Counted from the first letter of the stretch, positions 36,371-45,074 are shown. The stretch is DNA of 64,000 bases from Patescibacteria group bacterium (GCA_022703425.1 JAKLDQ010000002.1:12876-76875), one strand, 5' to 3'. Made by a program: numbers and translations. The notes: generated by a model from the letters alone, not told the origin.

Positions 36371-36919
36371 ATGTGGAAGAATAACTTTCTGGATCAGCTT
36401 AATTCCAGTCTTCTGGAAAAAAACATTGTAGTAATCGGCGGAGATGTCGACGGCGATATGGTAATGCAGATGCGGGAAGCTTTTCTCCGTTTGACTGCAA
36501 AAGGGAGTCCGCCGGTAAACATCCACATTACCAGTCCGGGAGGAGGCGTTGATGTCGGGCTGGATGTCTGCGATATTATCCGGTCTTATGCCGGGGAAAC
36601 AACGGGAATCGTATTTGGATATGCAAACTCCATGGCTGCGGTTATCCTGCAGGTTTGCACCAAAAGGGTCGCAATGAAACATGCGCACATTCTGGTGCAC
36701 CATATTTCCAAAAGGCAGATAAGTTTGGACGTTCTGCGGAGCAGGAAGAAAACTGAGCAAATGAAGGAGGATCTCGAAAAAAGCCAGAAAATGATTTACA
36801 AAATTCTGATGCAGAAAACCGGACAGACTTTGACGAAAATCAAGGCGGCTTGCGCGAGGGATTTGCCCATGGATGCGCGTGAGGCGCTGCTTTTCGGACT
36901 GATCGATGAAATCTGGTGA
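36371..36919 (+). CDS. ClpP-family serine protease (182 aa)
   Basis: ITSPGGGV, GYANSMAAVIL (catalytic Ser context), ILVHH, ARDLPMDAREALLFGLIDEI. SD aaggag upstream. Confidence 0.7.
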   Translation: MWKNNFLDQLNSSLLEKNIVVIGGDVDGDMVMQMREAFLRLTAKGSPPVNIHITSPGGGVDVGLDVCDIIRSYAGETTGIVFGYANSMAAVILQVCTKRVAMKHAHILVHHISKRQISLDVLRSRKKTEQMKEDLEKSQKMIYKILMQKTGQTLTKIKAACARDLPMDAREALLFGLIDEIW

Positions 36920-37025
36920 AACCTTTCAGGATTTTGTTCCGCCGCACTCGGATGAGGGCGGCTTTTTTTATGCTTGATTTTTGGGCAAAAAACAGGCAAA
37001 ATATACAAATTAAGTGTATTAATAT

Positions 37026-37130
37026 ATGCTTTCGATAACAATTTTAATCGGCGGAATCTTGTTTGTCGCCCTGGTTGTTGGCGGATTGATTTGGGCGGTA
37101 AAAGAGGATTCAAAAGACAGCAAAAAATAA
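37026..37130 (+). CDS. Possible 34-aa single-TM peptide (MLSITILIGGILFVALVVGGLIWAVKEDSKDSKK)
   Basis: Short ORF whose TAA overlaps the lepA ATG (TAATG). Not in the ORF track. Confidence 0.35.
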   Translation: MLSITILIGGILFVALVVGGLIWAVKEDSKDSKK

Positions 37131-38929
37131 TGGAGAATATCAGAAATTTTTGTATTATTTCGCATATCGATCACGGGAAGTCTACGCTGGCTGACCGGCT
37201 TTTGGAGCTCACAAAGACGATTGATCCGAAAAAAATGACTCCGCAGTTTTTGGATTCCATGGACTTGGAAAGAGAAAAAGGAATCACAATAAAACTGAAA
37301 CCCGTGCGCATGAATTACAATTTTCAGGGCAAAGATTATATTTTAAATTTGGTTGATACCCCCGGGCACGTGGATTTTTCTTATGAGGTTTCCAGGTCTT
37401 TGGCGGCTGTCGAAGGCGCTGTTTTGTTAATTGATGCAACACAGGGAATTCAGGCGCAGACTCTCGCAAATCTTGAATTAGCAAAAAAACAGAATCTGGC
37501 AATTATTCCTGTTGTAAATAAAATCGATTCTCCGCAAGCGAAAGTTGAGGAGGCAGTTGAAGAAATGTCTAATTTATTAAATGTAATGCCGGATGAAATT
37601 TTACAAATTTCTGCAAAGAACGGAACAAACGTTGAACAAGTCTTGCACGCTGTAATTGAAAAAGTGCCTGCTCCGAAACATGAAGAAAATAAAAATGATT
37701 TTCGTGCGTTGATTTTTGACTCTGAATTTGATTCGTTTAAAGGAGTGATTGCATTCGTCCGCGTAATCGACGGGGAAATAAACGACAGGGAAAAAATTGA
37801 ATTGTTTGCTGCAAAGACTCCGGCCGAGGTAAAAGAAATCGGATATTTAAATCCCACATTTTCTGCAAAGCAAAAACTGTCAAAAGGGGAAATCGGATAT
37901 ATCGCAACCGGAATAAAAGAGCCCGGAAAAGTGCGGGCGGGAGACACAATTATAAAATGGCATGGGCCGAATGTTAAAACGCAAATTGAACCGTTGCCTG
38001 GATATCAGGAGCCAAGACCTATGGTTTTTGCCAGCTTGTATCCTGAAAATCCGGATGATTTTGATTTGCTGAAAGTTGCTTTATCAAAATTAAAATTAAA
38101 CGATCCGGCTTTGGTGTTTGAACCGGAAATGAAGGAAGCATTGGGCAGAGGATTTAATTGCGGATTTTTGGGAACACTGCATATTGAAATTGTTTCTGAA
38201 AGATTGGAAAGGGAATTCGGTTTGGATTTGGTAATTTCCACTCCGTCTGTTGTTTATAAAATTTTTGACCAGAAAGATGTTGAAACGCCGATTTACTCTG
38301 CAGCCGACTGGCCGGAACAATCATCAATAAGAAGAACCGAGGAGCCATGGGTTTCTCTGGAAGTAATTGCACCGTCATCGCACATGGGAAAGCTGATGGA
38401 AATTTTAAAAGATTTGAGAGGCAATTATGTTGAAACAAATTATCTTACTCCCGAAAGGGCGATTATAATTTTTGAAACTCCTTTGAGGGGAATAATCGCA
38501 AATCTTTATGACAAAATAAAAACAGCGAGCCAGGGATATGCATCGATGAATTATAAAATGCTGGGATTCAGGCCGGGCAAACTGGTGAAAATGGAAATAT
38601 GGATTGCCGGCCACAAGGAGGAAGCGTTTTCAAGGATTGTTGCAGAAGACGAAGCATATCAGGAGGGAAAGAAAATTGTTGAAAAATTAAAAGATGTTTT
38701 GCCGGCCGAACAATTTTCTGTTGCTTTGCAGGCAATAATCGGCGGAAAGGTTATTGCCAGAGAAACAATCAAGGCAAGGAGGAAAGACGTTACAGGATAT
38801 TTATATGGAGGAGATGTTACAAGAAAAAGGAAGCTTTTGGAAAAACAAAAAAGGGGAAAGAAATTGATGAAGCAAAAAGGAAGTGTGAATATCCCTTCAA
38901 AGGCATTTTTGGAGATTTTTAGGACATAA
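37130..38929 (+). CDS. lepA: Elongation factor 4 (LepA)
   Basis: MENIRNFCIISHIDHGKSTLADRLL start, DTPGHVDF, NKID, and the LepA-specific C-terminus. I chose the ATG at 37130, not the 36974 track start. Confidence 0.9.
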   Translation: MENIRNFCIISHIDHGKSTLADRLLELTKTIDPKKMTPQFLDSMDLEREKGITIKLKPVRMNYNFQGKDYILNLVDTPGHVDFSYEVSRSLAAVEGAVLLIDATQGIQAQTLANLELAKKQNLAIIPVVNKIDSPQAKVEEAVEEMSNLLNVMPDEILQISAKNGTNVEQVLHAVIEKVPAPKHEENKNDFRALIFDSEFDSFKGVIAFVRVIDGEINDREKIELFAAKTPAEVKEIGYLNPTFSAKQKLSKGEIGYIATGIKEPGKVRAGDTIIKWHGPNVKTQIEPLPGYQEPRPMVFASLYPENPDDFDLLKVALSKLKLNDPALVFEPEMKEALGRGFNCGFLGTLHIEIVSERLEREFGLDLVISTPSVVYKIFDQKDVETPIYSAADWPEQSSIRRTEEPWVSLEVIAPSSHMGKLMEILKDLRGNYVETNYLTPERAIIIFETPLRGIIANLYDKIKTASQGYASMNYKMLGFRPGKLVKMEIWIAGHKEEAFSRIVAEDEAYQEGKKIVEKLKDVLPAEQFSVALQAIIGGKVIARETIKARRKDVTGYLYGGDVTRKRKLLEKQKRGKKLMKQKGSVNIPSKAFLEIFRT

Positions 38930-38952
38930 TTTAAATTCAAAATAGCAAAATT

Positions 38953-38975
38953 GCCCCTTTTAGAAAGGGGCTTTT
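38953..38975 (+). terminator. Rho-independent terminator after lepA
   Basis: gccccttt / aaaggggc stem followed by T4. Confidence 0.75.
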
Positions 38976-39062
38976 GTTTTCCACAGGGTTGGCGACCATT
39001 TACTTTCCAAAAAATGCTATAATATATGAATTTATTCATAATATTCATATTTTCTACTATAT

Positions 39063-42000
39063 ATGAAGTTTAAGCTATTCATCACCATTGGTTTGGCAGT
39101 TGTTTTGTTGTGTTCTGCACTGGGTGCAAGCGCCATGACAGATGCCGAACGACAGGCATTTATTGCGCAATTGCAGGCGCAAATAGTGCAATTACAGCAA
39201 CAGCTTACTCAGTTGTTGGCACAGCCAACGCAGGTTTCTGCGACACCTCAGACAACAACGACGGCCGATGATTCCTGGTGTTACACGTTCAGATACAATC
39301 TTGGCACGACAAACACGGGTTTTGGTGTAACAAACCTAAAAATTGCTCTGCAAAGGGAGGGATTCAGCACGGCCGGAGATGAACAGGGCGTTTATGGCAC
39401 CGCAACGATAGCAGCAGTAAAGGCATTCCAGGAAAAATATTCTTCTGAAATTCTGAGGCCATATGGATTAACCGTGGGAACAGGATATTTTGGAACTTCA
39501 TCAAGGACAAAAATGAATACGCTGTACGCTTGTGCAGATGATCCGATAGCCCCTGTTATTACAGACGGCACATGCGGATGGGAATGCGGAGTGTGGAGCG
39601 CTTGCGCGGGCGGACAGCAGACGAGAACCTGCACAAAGATCAGAGACTGTGCAACGGGAGCTACACCAAGTCCTGCAACTCAGCAATCATGCAGGCCTGC
39701 TGAACAAAACTGCACTCCATACTGGACATGCCAGGCATGGAGCACTTGTGTCGGCGGATCACAGACACGTCTTTGCTACGACTCACAGATGTGCGGAACA
39801 ACATCAGGAAAACCTGTTACAGAAAGAAGTTGCGAGGCTCCGAGATCTTGTTCTCCAAGCTGGACATGCGGAGCGTGGAGTGCTTGCAACACAAACGGAT
39901 TGCAAACAAGAACTTGTACTGACTCAAACGGATGCGGAACGACTTTGGGCAAGCCGGCAGTTTCACAGGCGTGCGGATCAACAACTCCAAATAATGAAAT
40001 TGTTATCTCAAATTGCAATTGGGATTGCGGAGCATGGAGCGCTTGCGCGAGCGGAAGGCAGACAAGAACATGCGTAGCTTCTATGCCAGCTTATACTTCT
40101 GGAGGGCAGGTAAATTGGTTAACAGACGGTAATTGCTATGATGAAACAGGCCATCTTATAAGGGCTGTTGTTACAAGAGAATGCGGGGCGTCGTGCACTT
40201 CAAAATGGATGTGTTCGCAGTGGGGTGTATGTTCTGGAAACTATGGAAACGAATCAAAGAGCAGAGTTTGTATGGACTTGAACGGATGTGATACTCCTAC
40301 AAATCCGCCCGCAACTACAACAAGAGAGGGATGCACATATAACTGTGCGCCGAACTGGCAGTGCACAGGGTGGTCATCATGCAATGGCGGACAACAAACA
40401 AGAATTTGTACGGATTTAAATAATTGTGGAGGAACACAGCAAAGGCCTGAAACAACGCAGTCATGTTCAACATCATGCACTCCAAGCTGGCAGTGTTCGG
40501 GATGGGGAACATGCGGAAATATCGATACAACGGCAACAAGTTCGTTTCAGGGCATCGGCACTCAATCAAGAGTTTGTTATGATTCAAGCAATTGCGGAAT
40601 TACTACTAACAAGCCGCACACTTTGCAGAGTTGCACCGCAAGCTGTACGCCTGTATGGGTCTGTTCGAATTGGAGCACTTGCACATATGGATCACAAAGC
40701 AGAAGCTGTACCGACACATCACATTGTTCAGATGCGAGAGCAGGATATTTCTTGTCAAAACCCGCGACATCACGATCATGCGGAGGATCTGTTGTGGTTG
40801 ATCCCGTCTGCACTCCAAACTGGCAGTGCGGAATATGGGGAAATTGCATAAATAATCAGCAAACGAGAACATGCACTGATGCAAGCGGATGCGGAGTTTC
40901 AACGGGCGCTCCGTCGTTAACCAGGTCTTGCACAGCATGCGTTCCTGATTGGAGATGCGGAGACTGGACACAATGCATAAACGGAAGGCGGTCAAGAATC
41001 TGCACTGACGCAAATAGTTGCAATACAACAGAGGGCAGGCCAGCGACTGATGATCTTTCCTGCGCATCATGCACACCCAATTGGGTTTGTACAAATTGGT
41101 CTTCCTGTGTTTACGGACAGCAGACAAGAACATGCACGGACTCAAATCATTGCGGATATAACACGGGCAAACCTGCAGAAGCGCAGGGATGCGCTTTGTC
41201 ATGCACTCCAAACTGGCAGTGCACAGGATGGACTTCCTGCAGCAATAATCAGCAAACGAGAACATGCACTGATGCAAGCGGATGCGGAACGACTTTTGGG
41301 AAACCGATTGAGAGTCAATCATGCTCAACAACAAGCTGTGTTCCTACATGGCAATGTACGAATTGGTCTGCCTGTTCGAGCGGCGCAGAAAGAAGAACGT
41401 GTACAGATATCAATCATTGCGGAGGAACAGAAAACAAACCGTCTGAAGTTCGTACGTGCACGGCAGCTGGAACTTGCAGCAGAGACTGGAGATGCAGTTT
41501 GTGGAGTCCTTGCATAAACAATCAGCAGACAAGAACTTGCACACCAAATAATTATTGTCCTCCGCTAAGTATCATTACAGATCCGACCTCGCCTAACACC
41601 ACACAGTCTTGTTCGGTAAACTGCAATCCTTTGTGGCAATGCAGTGCATGGTCAGGGTGTTCCTCTAGCAATCAGCAGACAAGAACATGCACAGATTATT
41701 ATCACTGCGGAGTTGATACTTCGATCCCTCCGCTGGTGCAATCATGCTGCACTCCAAACTGGCAGTGCACAGGGTGGGGAACTTGTATTAACGGAAACCA
41801 GACAAGAACATGCACGGATTTGAGCGGATGCCCGAATGCAACAAGGCCGGCAACAACTCAAACCTGCGGATCCACCTGTATTCCAAACTGGCAGTGCGGA
41901 GCGTGGAATAATTGTTTCGCAAATCAGCAGACAAGAACTTGCACAGACACAAATAATTGCGGTGTTACAACAAACAGGCCGGCATTGTCGCAGTCGTGCA

Positions 42001-43037
42001 CGGTTTCACAAAACTGCACTCCAAATTGGAATTGCGGAGCATGGACAACATGTTCAAATTACAGCCAGACGAGAATCTGCAACGATTCAAACAACTGCGG
42101 AATAACAGAAAACAGGCCTATTACAACACAGTCCTGCACAAACAGCTGTACTCCAAATTGGCTTTGTGGAGCTTGGAGTTCCTGTGTAAACACAATACAA
42201 ACGAGATCGTGCCAGGATTATAACGGATGTGGGATAATTACAGGAACTATGATGGGAAATGGAACGCGCGCGGTAGTTCCTGCAGACAGGCAAAGCTGTA
42301 CGACAGGCCAGGGTCTTCCGACAGCGGACATAAAAGCAAACGGATCTGACGGAGCTGTAACATTTTTATCTACCGGCACAGGAAACACAGTTTCTTTGAA
42401 TCTTGCGTGGACTTCGGCAAATGCGCTTTCCTGTCAGGCTTCGTTTGAAACAATTTCGGGAGTGACATATTCGCACTCGCTTTGGAACGGAAGTGTGCCA
42501 TTAACCGGCACAAGAGAAATTTCGGGAATTGCTGTACCAAAAGAAACAGAAACTCTTGTTTTCAAAATTGTATGCACCGGAAATGCCGGAATTGCAACTG
42601 ATACTGTGAAAATAATAGTTTTGCCCGTGATGAATTTGAACGGATTTGCCTGTCCTACAACTTATGGCACATTCAGCTGGCAGGCAAATGATTTGTCGAG
42701 GGTCCCCGGAACTGTTGATATGTATCCGAACGGTTACACTGGTACAGGACTCTATATGCCGGTCTACGTAGGAATTATCACAGTTAATGATGCGTCTTCA
42801 TTGGGAACTGTAACGCGCGGAAACGTTATCACACAGTCACTGCAAAGCGGAGGAACTTTTGGAAGGGGATCGACAACATTCTCGCATGAACAGTGTGCCA
42901 GCGCGGACGGACCGCAGGGTGTGGCCGGAATGAATCCGGATAAATATCTGGTTGCCGCAGTAAGCGTTCCGCAAAAAGATGCCAGCGGAAACGAAACCAG
43001 CCAGATGGTGGTAATTTCCTCGAGAAGACTTTATTAA
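39063..43037 (+). CDS. Giant secreted protein: signal peptide, Q-rich coiled coil, PG-binding-like domain, about 19 Cys/Trp-rich repeats, C-terminal beta-rich domains
   Basis: Signal MKFKLFITIGLAVVLLCSALGASA. Coiled coil QAFIAQLQAQIVQLQQQLTQLL. PG-binding-like GTATIAAVKAFQEKY. Repeat unit CTPNWQCxxWSxCxxxQQTRTCTDxxxCGxxxxxPxxxQSC. Confidence 0.85.
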   Translation: MKFKLFITIGLAVVLLCSALGASAMTDAERQAFIAQLQAQIVQLQQQLTQLLAQPTQVSATPQTTTTADDSWCYTFRYNLGTTNTGFGVTNLKIALQREGFSTAGDEQGVYGTATIAAVKAFQEKYSSEILRPYGLTVGTGYFGTSSRTKMNTLYACADDPIAPVITDGTCGWECGVWSACAGGQQTRTCTKIRDCATGATPSPATQQSCRPAEQNCTPYWTCQAWSTCVGGSQTRLCYDSQMCGTTSGKPVTERSCEAPRSCSPSWTCGAWSACNTNGLQTRTCTDSNGCGTTLGKPAVSQACGSTTPNNEIVISNCNWDCGAWSACASGRQTRTCVASMPAYTSGGQVNWLTDGNCYDETGHLIRAVVTRECGASCTSKWMCSQWGVCSGNYGNESKSRVCMDLNGCDTPTNPPATTTREGCTYNCAPNWQCTGWSSCNGGQQTRICTDLNNCGGTQQRPETTQSCSTSCTPSWQCSGWGTCGNIDTTATSSFQGIGTQSRVCYDSSNCGITTNKPHTLQSCTASCTPVWVCSNWSTCTYGSQSRSCTDTSHCSDARAGYFLSKPATSRSCGGSVVVDPVCTPNWQCGIWGNCINNQQTRTCTDASGCGVSTGAPSLTRSCTACVPDWRCGDWTQCINGRRSRICTDANSCNTTEGRPATDDLSCASCTPNWVCTNWSSCVYGQQTRTCTDSNHCGYNTGKPAEAQGCALSCTPNWQCTGWTSCSNNQQTRTCTDASGCGTTFGKPIESQSCSTTSCVPTWQCTNWSACSSGAERRTCTDINHCGGTENKPSEVRTCTAAGTCSRDWRCSLWSPCINNQQTRTCTPNNYCPPLSIITDPTSPNTTQSCSVNCNPLWQCSAWSGCSSSNQQTRTCTDYYHCGVDTSIPPLVQSCCTPNWQCTGWGTCINGNQTRTCTDLSGCPNATRPATTQTCGSTCIPNWQCGAWNNCFANQQTRTCTDTNNCGVTTNRPALSQSCTVSQNCTPNWNCGAWTTCSNYSQTRICNDSNNCGITENRPITTQSCTNSCTPNWLCGAWSSCVNTIQTRSCQDYNGCGIITGTMMGNGTRAVVPADRQSCTTGQGLPTADIKANGSDGAVTFLSTGTGNTVSLNLAWTSANALSCQASFETISGVTYSHSLWNGSVPLTGTREISGIAVPKETETLVFKIVCTGNAGIATDTVKIIVLPVMNLNGFACPTTYGTFSWQANDLSRVPGTVDMYPNGYTGTGLYMPVYVGIITVNDASSLGTVTRGNVITQSLQSGGTFGRGSTTFSHEQCASADGPQGVAGMNPDKYLVAAVSVPQKDASGNETSQMVVISSRRLY
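39564..42300 (+). repeat. Tandem array of about 19 coding repeats (about 43-60 codons each) inside the giant gene
   Basis: I counted CxPxWxC...QTRxC units in the translation. Several stretches are identical at the DNA level, for example 40851-40895 = 41244-41288. Confidence 0.85.
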
Positions 43038-43050
43038 GGCGGGATAATAA

Positions 43051-43076
43051 AGCTCCGGCAAGTGCCGGAGCTTTTT
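43051..43076 (+). terminator. Rho-independent terminator after giant gene
   Basis: agctccggc / gccggagct stem followed by T5. Confidence 0.8.
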
Positions 43077-43222
43077 AATTATTCATGCACGTTACTAAAA
43101 CGGCTCAATAAAAGTTTGAGTCGTTTATTTTTGTACAAAAAAAGAAATTTTTTTTAATTGCGTAGTACAAGCATAAAGGTCGATTCATTAAAAATTCATT
43201 AAGGAAAATCATTAACGGTTTG

Positions 43223-44428
43223 ATGTCTAAAAAGTTAGCGATTTTATCTTCAGTTGTCCTTGCTGCAACAGTTTTGGCAGTGGGTTCGGTTTCCGCAGCT
43301 ACAATTTCTGTAGGAAATGATACTTCTGCAAGAACAGGCTTGGATACAGCGCAGAATTTTACAATCATCGACAAAAACAATCCGGCGACAGCGGATGGAA
43401 ATTTGACTCAGTTCAAATACTACGCTTCGAATACAAGCCCATTCCGGTTTGTTCTCGTTGATGGCTCCAGCGTTGTAAGATGGGTATCGTCCCAGATTAC
43501 ACCGCAGACAACAGGAGTTAACACATATGTTCCTTCCAGCCCGATCCAGGTTCAGGCAGGATGGAATGTTGGTTTGTATTTCGTGTCGCAAGGAACAATT
43601 CCATTTGAGCTTTCCGGCCAGCCCGCTTATTACACAAGCGCAAATTCCGGAGTGCCATCGGTAAATTCAACTCTCAACTTTGCGGGAAACGGCGCAAGAA
43701 AATATTCTTTCGTCGCAACCGGCGAAACACCTTCAACACAGAAGCCTGCAAAATTCTATGTTGGAAACAGCGCAACGCAAAGGACACAGGTTGATAACTA
43801 CTCAAACTTTACAATTATCGATTCAAACAATCCTGCAACGGATTCGGGAAAGCTGACAAAATTCAAATATTATGCAGCAAATACCAATTCATTCAGATTT
43901 TTGGTTGTTGATACAGATAATATTGTAAAGTGGATTTCTCCAAAAATTACACCTCGCTCAACAGGAGCAAACACTTATATACCGGCAACTCCGGTAAAAG
44001 TGAAAAAGGATTGGAGAGTTGGAATGTACTTTGCTTCAACAGGAACAATTCCTTTCGAACAAACAGGTCAGCCGGCTTATTACACAAATAATAACAACGG
44101 CAAACCATCTGTCGGTTCAAAATTAAATTTTGCCGGAAACAGCAACAGAATATATTCATTCGTTGCTACCGGAGAAAAAGACAGAAATGGACGGAATAAC
44201 GGAAACAGCTGCGATAGAAACAGAAATGAAAACAGAAACGGATACGGGTATGGAAATGGAAACTGCGATAGGAATGAAAACAGAAACGGTTATGGAAACG
44301 GAAACGGTCATGGAAACGAAAACTGTGGCAATTCCAATAATGTTCCAAAGTGGCGGTTTAATTACTTTCCATTCTGGAACTGGAACGCAATGCACCAGCA
44401 GCAGCAAAACCAGAATTGCGATCAGTAA
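43223..44428 (+). CDS. Secreted protein with two tandem 141-aa domain copies and an N/G/R-rich low-complexity tail
   Basis: Signal peptide. 43304-43726 and 43754-44176 are paralogous copies, both ending YSFVATGE. The tail reads NRNENRNGYGYGNGNCDRNENRNGYGNGNGHGNENCG. Confidence 0.75.
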   Translation: MSKKLAILSSVVLAATVLAVGSVSAATISVGNDTSARTGLDTAQNFTIIDKNNPATADGNLTQFKYYASNTSPFRFVLVDGSSVVRWVSSQITPQTTGVNTYVPSSPIQVQAGWNVGLYFVSQGTIPFELSGQPAYYTSANSGVPSVNSTLNFAGNGARKYSFVATGETPSTQKPAKFYVGNSATQRTQVDNYSNFTIIDSNNPATDSGKLTKFKYYAANTNSFRFLVVDTDNIVKWISPKITPRSTGANTYIPATPVKVKKDWRVGMYFASTGTIPFEQTGQPAYYTNNNNGKPSVGSKLNFAGNSNRIYSFVATGEKDRNGRNNGNSCDRNRNENRNGYGYGNGNCDRNENRNGYGNGNGHGNENCGNSNNVPKWRFNYFPFWNWNAMHQQQQNQNCDQ

Positions 44429-44558
44429 TTGTAAAAGCTTAGCATTTTGTCTTTTAAACAGCCCCGGTTCTCACAAACCGCGGGCTGTTTTTTTACTTGC
44501 CTTTAAGTATTTTTTATGTTAAAGTTACCATATCCAAAAGAAAAAAAATTTGGATTAT

Positions 44559-44629
44559 CGCGCCTTGGAGGAGTAGTACCTCGACAGTCTCATAAGCTGT
44601 AGGCCCCCGTGCAATTCGGGGAGGCGCAA
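44559..44629 (+). tRNA. Atypical tRNA-like gene, anticodon CAT, initiator-like C1:A72 acceptor end
   Basis: Hand-folded: acceptor CGCGCCT/AGGCGCA with a C1-A72 mismatch. D stem GAGG/CCTC, anticodon arm ACAGT-CTCATAA-GCTGT, T arm CCCCG-TGCAATT-CGGGG. The D loop lacks GG, the T loop is TGC rather than TTC, and there is no encoded CCA. Confidence 0.4.
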
Positions 44630-44639
44630 CATAAAATCT

Positions 44640-44716
44640 GCCGGGGTAGCTCAGTTGGTAAGAGCGTCGCACTCATAACGCGAAGGTCGAGAGTTCGATT
44701 CTCTCCCTCGGCACCA
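44640..44716 (+). tRNA. tRNA with CAT anticodon (elongator Met, or Ile2 if lysidine-modified), CCA encoded
   Basis: GCCGGGGTAGCTCAGTTGGTAAGAGC...CTCATAA...GGTCGAGAGTTCGATTCTCTCCCTCGGCACCA folds as a canonical cloverleaf. Confidence 0.9.
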
Positions 44717-44717
44717 T

Positions 44718-44793
44718 GCGGGCATAGTCCAGCCTGGTTTAAGACGCCTCCCTGTCACGGAGGAGATCGGGGGTTCAAATCCCCCTGCCCGCG
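44718..44793 (+). tRNA. tRNA-Asp (GTC)
   Basis: GCGGGCATAGTCCAGCCTGGT...CCTCCCTGTCACGGAGG...GGGGGTTCAAATCCCCCTGCCCGCG. No encoded CCA. Confidence 0.9.
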
Positions 44794-44933
44794 CAACGTA
44801 AGAAATTGCAAGCAATTTCAACGTTGCTGAGGCGTTTAATTTCTAAGAGAAATTATTACGCCTCGCCAACGATAAGATGTAGCTGAAACGTTCCCCGCTT
44901 GCGGGACTACGTCTCGCCATGAATTAAATACAG

Positions 44934-44953
44934 AGCCCCGAAGGGGGCTTTTG
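44934..44953 (+). terminator. Rho-independent terminator
   Basis: agcccc-gaa-ggggct followed by T4. Confidence 0.7.
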
Positions 44954-45074
44954 TATTTCTACTATGGGATTTGAAGGCCGGAGCAAAGCTCGAGTTTGAG
45001 CGAAGCGAAAGGCGAGAGCTGTGAGGCCTGGTCCGGAGGCAATTTCCGTTAGGAAATTGACCGAAGGAAAATCT

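Noticed and set aside
39392-42293. Many 60-240-aa ORFs on both strands and in alternative frames inside the giant repeat gene (for example 40606-41334 on the minus strand and 39649-40077 on the plus strand)
   Set aside because: They are by-products of G+C-richer, stop-poor repetitive coding sequence. The 1324-aa frame has a signal peptide and a coherent repeat structure.
44130-44522. Alternative-frame ORFs over the N/G-rich tail (44130-44522 plus, 44156-44407 minus, 44166-44348 minus)
   Set aside because: They are low-complexity tandem DNA read in the wrong frames. The in-frame continuation of the 402-aa secreted protein explains the region.
44609-44830. 73-aa ORF
   Set aside because: It overlaps the three tRNA genes.
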